Part shown: positions 15,994 through 18,348 of the stretch, one piece after another
Layout: each line of letters starts with the position of its first letter
How positions within the stretch are numbered: position 1 is the first letter of the stretch
Assembly: GCA_049517415.1 (NCBI GenBank)
Contig: JBEKSC010000035.1
Location: 1 to 18,348, forward strand
Direction: 5' to 3'
DNA: 18,348 bases
Origin: Candidatus Bathyarchaeia archaeon
GTDB taxonomy: Archaea > Thermoproteota > Bathyarchaeia > 40CM-2-53-6
The notes under the pieces: model-generated
What the model was told of the DNA's origin: nothing
Databases searched by the model: none
What the model saw: only the letters and a program-made list of their open reading frames with translations
Translations under genes and position numbers: made by a program

Positions 15994-17946
15994 TTACTTC
16001 AGCTCGCTAACTACTGACGTTCCAGCTATGTTCTGGACTACTATCACGTGGGTGTTCTCGGTAACGTTTACCTGCCCAGGTGTTATGGCCACGTATTGTC
16101 CTTCGGTCATCGCACCGGAGCTTGACATGATCAGTTGCGTAACGAGTTCACGGTTCTTTGGATCCATGTGAACATCAAATTCGTCGATCGCCCTGAACGG
16201 CGAGGTGATATGCTGTTGTAACCCTAGCAGGAAGGCCATCATAGCTATGCTCCGTTCCCCGCCACTCTGCGTAAAGGCGTCGAGGGCTGTGGGGTTGTTT
16301 CCCTTAAACCCAACCAGTATTTCCACACCACATTTCTCAATATCCCTCGAGGATATGAGCCGAATGGACCCTGTTGCGCCTACGGTTCCTAGGATTTCGT
16401 TGTAGCGCCCAGTCAGTTGTTCAAGGAATGATGAGAGCACGTCTCGCCATCGGGAGAGGCGCTTATCTAGCTCCGTAAGGACCTCTTGGCGGTTCTGGGC
16501 AACTTGGTCAGCCTTTTGCTTCAGCTCTTCGTAGACTTTCGCGTAGGACGAGTACATCTTCTCGACGTCTGCCGAGAGCGTTGACAAGGGCCTCATCTGT
16601 TCTTCGACGGCTCCGATTTCCAGCATTACCTCGAGGTTCTTTCTAGGAGATTCAACGATGGCTCCTGCCTTCTCCGCGGCAGCAACCATCGGGTCCAACT
16701 CCTCTCTGGCTAGGCGGACTTGAGCTTGGAGGTCTGCTGCTTCCTCTGTTAGGAGGTTCTTCTTGAACCCTGAAACCTCATACTCCACGTTCGTGTCGAT
16801 TAGTCTTGTGAGCGCGTCCTCGAGGCGGCCGCTAGTATCTGCTATCTTCTCGTTGAGCGCCGCCATTTTCTCTTTCACTCTCGTTAGCTTGCTCTGCGAG
16901 TCCTCGGCCATTTCACGCCAAGAATTTCTCAGCTTGTCGAGTGATTGTAGATCAGGTTTAGTGGGTGGTCCTTCCTGCTCGGCCTCAACGGGTTGGAAAT
17001 TCTGTAGAAGATTCGTAGTCCACTCGATATTCAGTTCATGCGTTGTGAGTTGCTTGACGAGGTCAACCCGTGAATCTTCGAGCTCCATTCGTCCAAGGTT
17101 TAATTCATCGAACTTTGCCTGGCGTTTCTTCTTTGACTCCGCCAGCTCTTGGATTTTATTTTCAATCGATTGTAGAGCTCGTGTCTTCGATTCGATTCTG
17201 GCTTCGATGTGAGTTAAGGCTTCCTTCTTCCTCTGGATCCGACTCCATAAGAGTTCCCTCTTCAGGGCGTCCAGTTTCGTCTCCAGTTGCTGTTTCTGTA
17301 GGTAACGCTCGTATTCACGCTTCCAATAATCATGGGTCTCCTTAGTGGATTCAAGAACCTGGGCCAGTGATTGTTCTTCGCTTGCTACGCTTTCTAGGCG
17401 TTGTCTCGCGTCGAGAACTTCCTCTCTATAAGATTCGAAGCCCACGGCTTCTTCAAGCATTTTCAGCTTATCTTGGGCGGTTACGGCGGCGAAGCGGCCG
17501 ACCATGAACTGGTGCATTATGACTAATATATTGTCGGGGTTTAGGCCGAGGGAAAGCAAGACGTCGGTGATTGCAGATTTCGGCGCAGATTTGTTTTGGA
17601 GGAGGTAGTAATACGTGCCTGCACTCTTGATTACGCGTGTGATGGTGACGAGGTCGGTGTGGAATCGGGGGAATGGACGTTTCTCGCCTGCATTATCGAG
17701 GATTAGTGTGATTCGGGCTTCGTCGTGCCCCCACTTCACAAGGTCGCTCAACCGCTTGGATCGTTCGGTGTAAGCTTGGCCTAGAACGACGGAGATCGCG
17801 AGAAGGATGGAGGATTTTCCGGCACCGTTCGGCCCACAGATGAGGTTCAGCCCCGGCTCTAACGGAACGTACGAGTTTTCGTAGGACATGAAATTTGTAA
17901 GCACTACGCCTTTTATCATCTGAGCCGAGCTACCGTTTGAAACCAT
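15994..17946 (-). CDS. Short SMC-family ATPase, Smc5/6-related (coalescin ClsN/Arcadin-4-like)
   Basis: LTNFMSY, Walker A GPNGAGKSS, Q-loop MHQ, long heptad coiled coils, signature QSGGERS, Walker B/D-loop PFRAIDEFDVHMD. Confidence 0.9.
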   Translation of the reverse strand: MVSNGSSAQMIKGVVLTNFMSYENSYVPLEPGLNLICGPNGAGKSSILLAISVVLGQAYTERSKRLSDLVKWGHDEARITLILDNAGEKRPFPRFHTDLVTITRVIKSAGTYYYLLQNKSAPKSAITDVLLSLGLNPDNILVIMHQFMVGRFAAVTAQDKLKMLEEAVGFESYREEVLDARQRLESVASEEQSLAQVLESTKETHDYWKREYERYLQKQQLETKLDALKRELLWSRIQRKKEALTHIEARIESKTRALQSIENKIQELAESKKKRQAKFDELNLGRMELEDSRVDLVKQLTTHELNIEWTTNLLQNFQPVEAEQEGPPTKPDLQSLDKLRNSWREMAEDSQSKLTRVKEKMAALNEKIADTSGRLEDALTRLIDTNVEYEVSGFKKNLLTEEAADLQAQVRLAREELDPMVAAAEKAGAIVESPRKNLEVMLEIGAVEEQMRPLSTLSADVEKMYSSYAKVYEELKQKADQVAQNRQEVLTELDKRLSRWRDVLSSFLEQLTGRYNEILGTVGATGSIRLISSRDIEKCGVEILVGFKGNNPTALDAFTQSGGERSIAMMAFLLGLQQHITSPFRAIDEFDVHMDPKNRELVTQLIMSSSGAMTEGQYVAITPGQVNVTENTHVIVVQNIAGTSVVSELK

Positions 17947-18254
17947 GGATGCCTTTCGCTGCGTAAAAAACGTTCAGGGGTTTTCGAGACCGAACTTCAT
18001 ACATCGGGCTCCAATTCGCGACGCACGAAAGAACATTGATTTTGAAAGACGCGAATTTTCCATTCTTCTAATGGATCGGTGCTGGTAAACAATGACATTT
18101 GTTATGTCAACGTTCATTCGAAGAATTGCCAATTGCTTTGAAAAAAAACCGCGAAACACGTTTAAATATGATGGCCCTTTCACGCATCCATCACGGCGGG
18201 AGTGAAGTAGAAAGTTTGCAGAGGCTCGGCAAAATTCTCCATCTTTCAAGCAGC

Positions 18255-18298
18255 CGAAGCCTCATCGTCAAAATCGACGAAGCCCGCTTCGTCAAAAT
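18255..18298. repeat. Imperfect tandem repeat with embedded palindrome in the intergenic region upstream of smc
   Basis: CGAAGCCTCATCGTCAAAAT (18255-18274) and CGAAGCCCGCTTCGTCAAAAT (18278-18298). Inverted repeat GACGAAGC-CC-GCTTCGTC (18276-18293). Confidence 0.6.
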
Positions 18299-18325
18299 GG
18301 GAACCCGAACTTGTGACAGCAAACT

Positions 18326-18348
18326 GAAGGAGATAGGAAAAGTCCATG
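18326..18348 (+). other. Possible RBS and ATG of a divergent gene starting at the window edge
   Basis: GAAGGAGATAGGAAAAGTCC-ATG, with the ATG at 18346-18348. Confidence 0.35.

Noticed and set aside
1013..17345. Numerous 60-175 aa ORFs antisense to or nested in the called genes
   Set aside because: Shadow ORFs of well-supported CDSs, with no motifs of their own.
14577..17946. Wadjet (JetABCD), MukBEF or Rad50/Mre11 assignment
   Set aside because: No JetD/Toprim or Mre11 nuclease adjacent, no zinc hook, the SMC is too short, and the motifs are Smc5/6-like.
17974..18249. 91-aa minus-strand ORF upstream of smc
   Set aside because: No recognisable motifs and atypical composition; the region looks regulatory.
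17947..18345. Replication origin
   Set aside because: No ORB consensus (TCCA.TGGAAA..AAGGGG) and no cdc6/orc1 visible in the window.

Overview
Archaeal chromosomal DNA, most likely TACK/Bathyarchaeia-like (inferred from the short XPF, stand-alone Lrp/AsnC domain, prefoldin-beta/DUF3194/DHH cluster and TTG/GTG starts). The backbone is housekeeping: ATP-dependent DNA ligase (5'-truncated), Dph6-like PP-loop ATPase, MTA/SAH deaminase, UbiA/MenA prenyltransferase, SAH hydrolase, XPF, ECF transporter module, DHH phosphoesterase and prefoldin beta. Three things stand out. (1) A tight three-gene minus-strand operon (14577-17946) encodes a short, apparently hingeless SMC ATPase with mixed Smc5/Smc6 motifs, a kleisin with an Nse4-like C-terminus, and one Nse1/Nse3(MAGE)-like KITE protein: a minimal archaeal Smc5/6-like complex. 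(2) Convergent with it lies a TGT-fold protein that keeps the zinc site but appears to lack the catalytic aspartates. (3) Two transposase-free cassettes have GG(C/T)TC(C/T)GTT-type terminal inverted repeats and 8-bp target duplications. One carries a SET-domain gene (12950-13403). The other carries Lrp/AsnC, RidA, an orphan tRNA 3' half and structured non-coding segments (3531-4942). All family calls come from motifs recognised by eye, not database searches.
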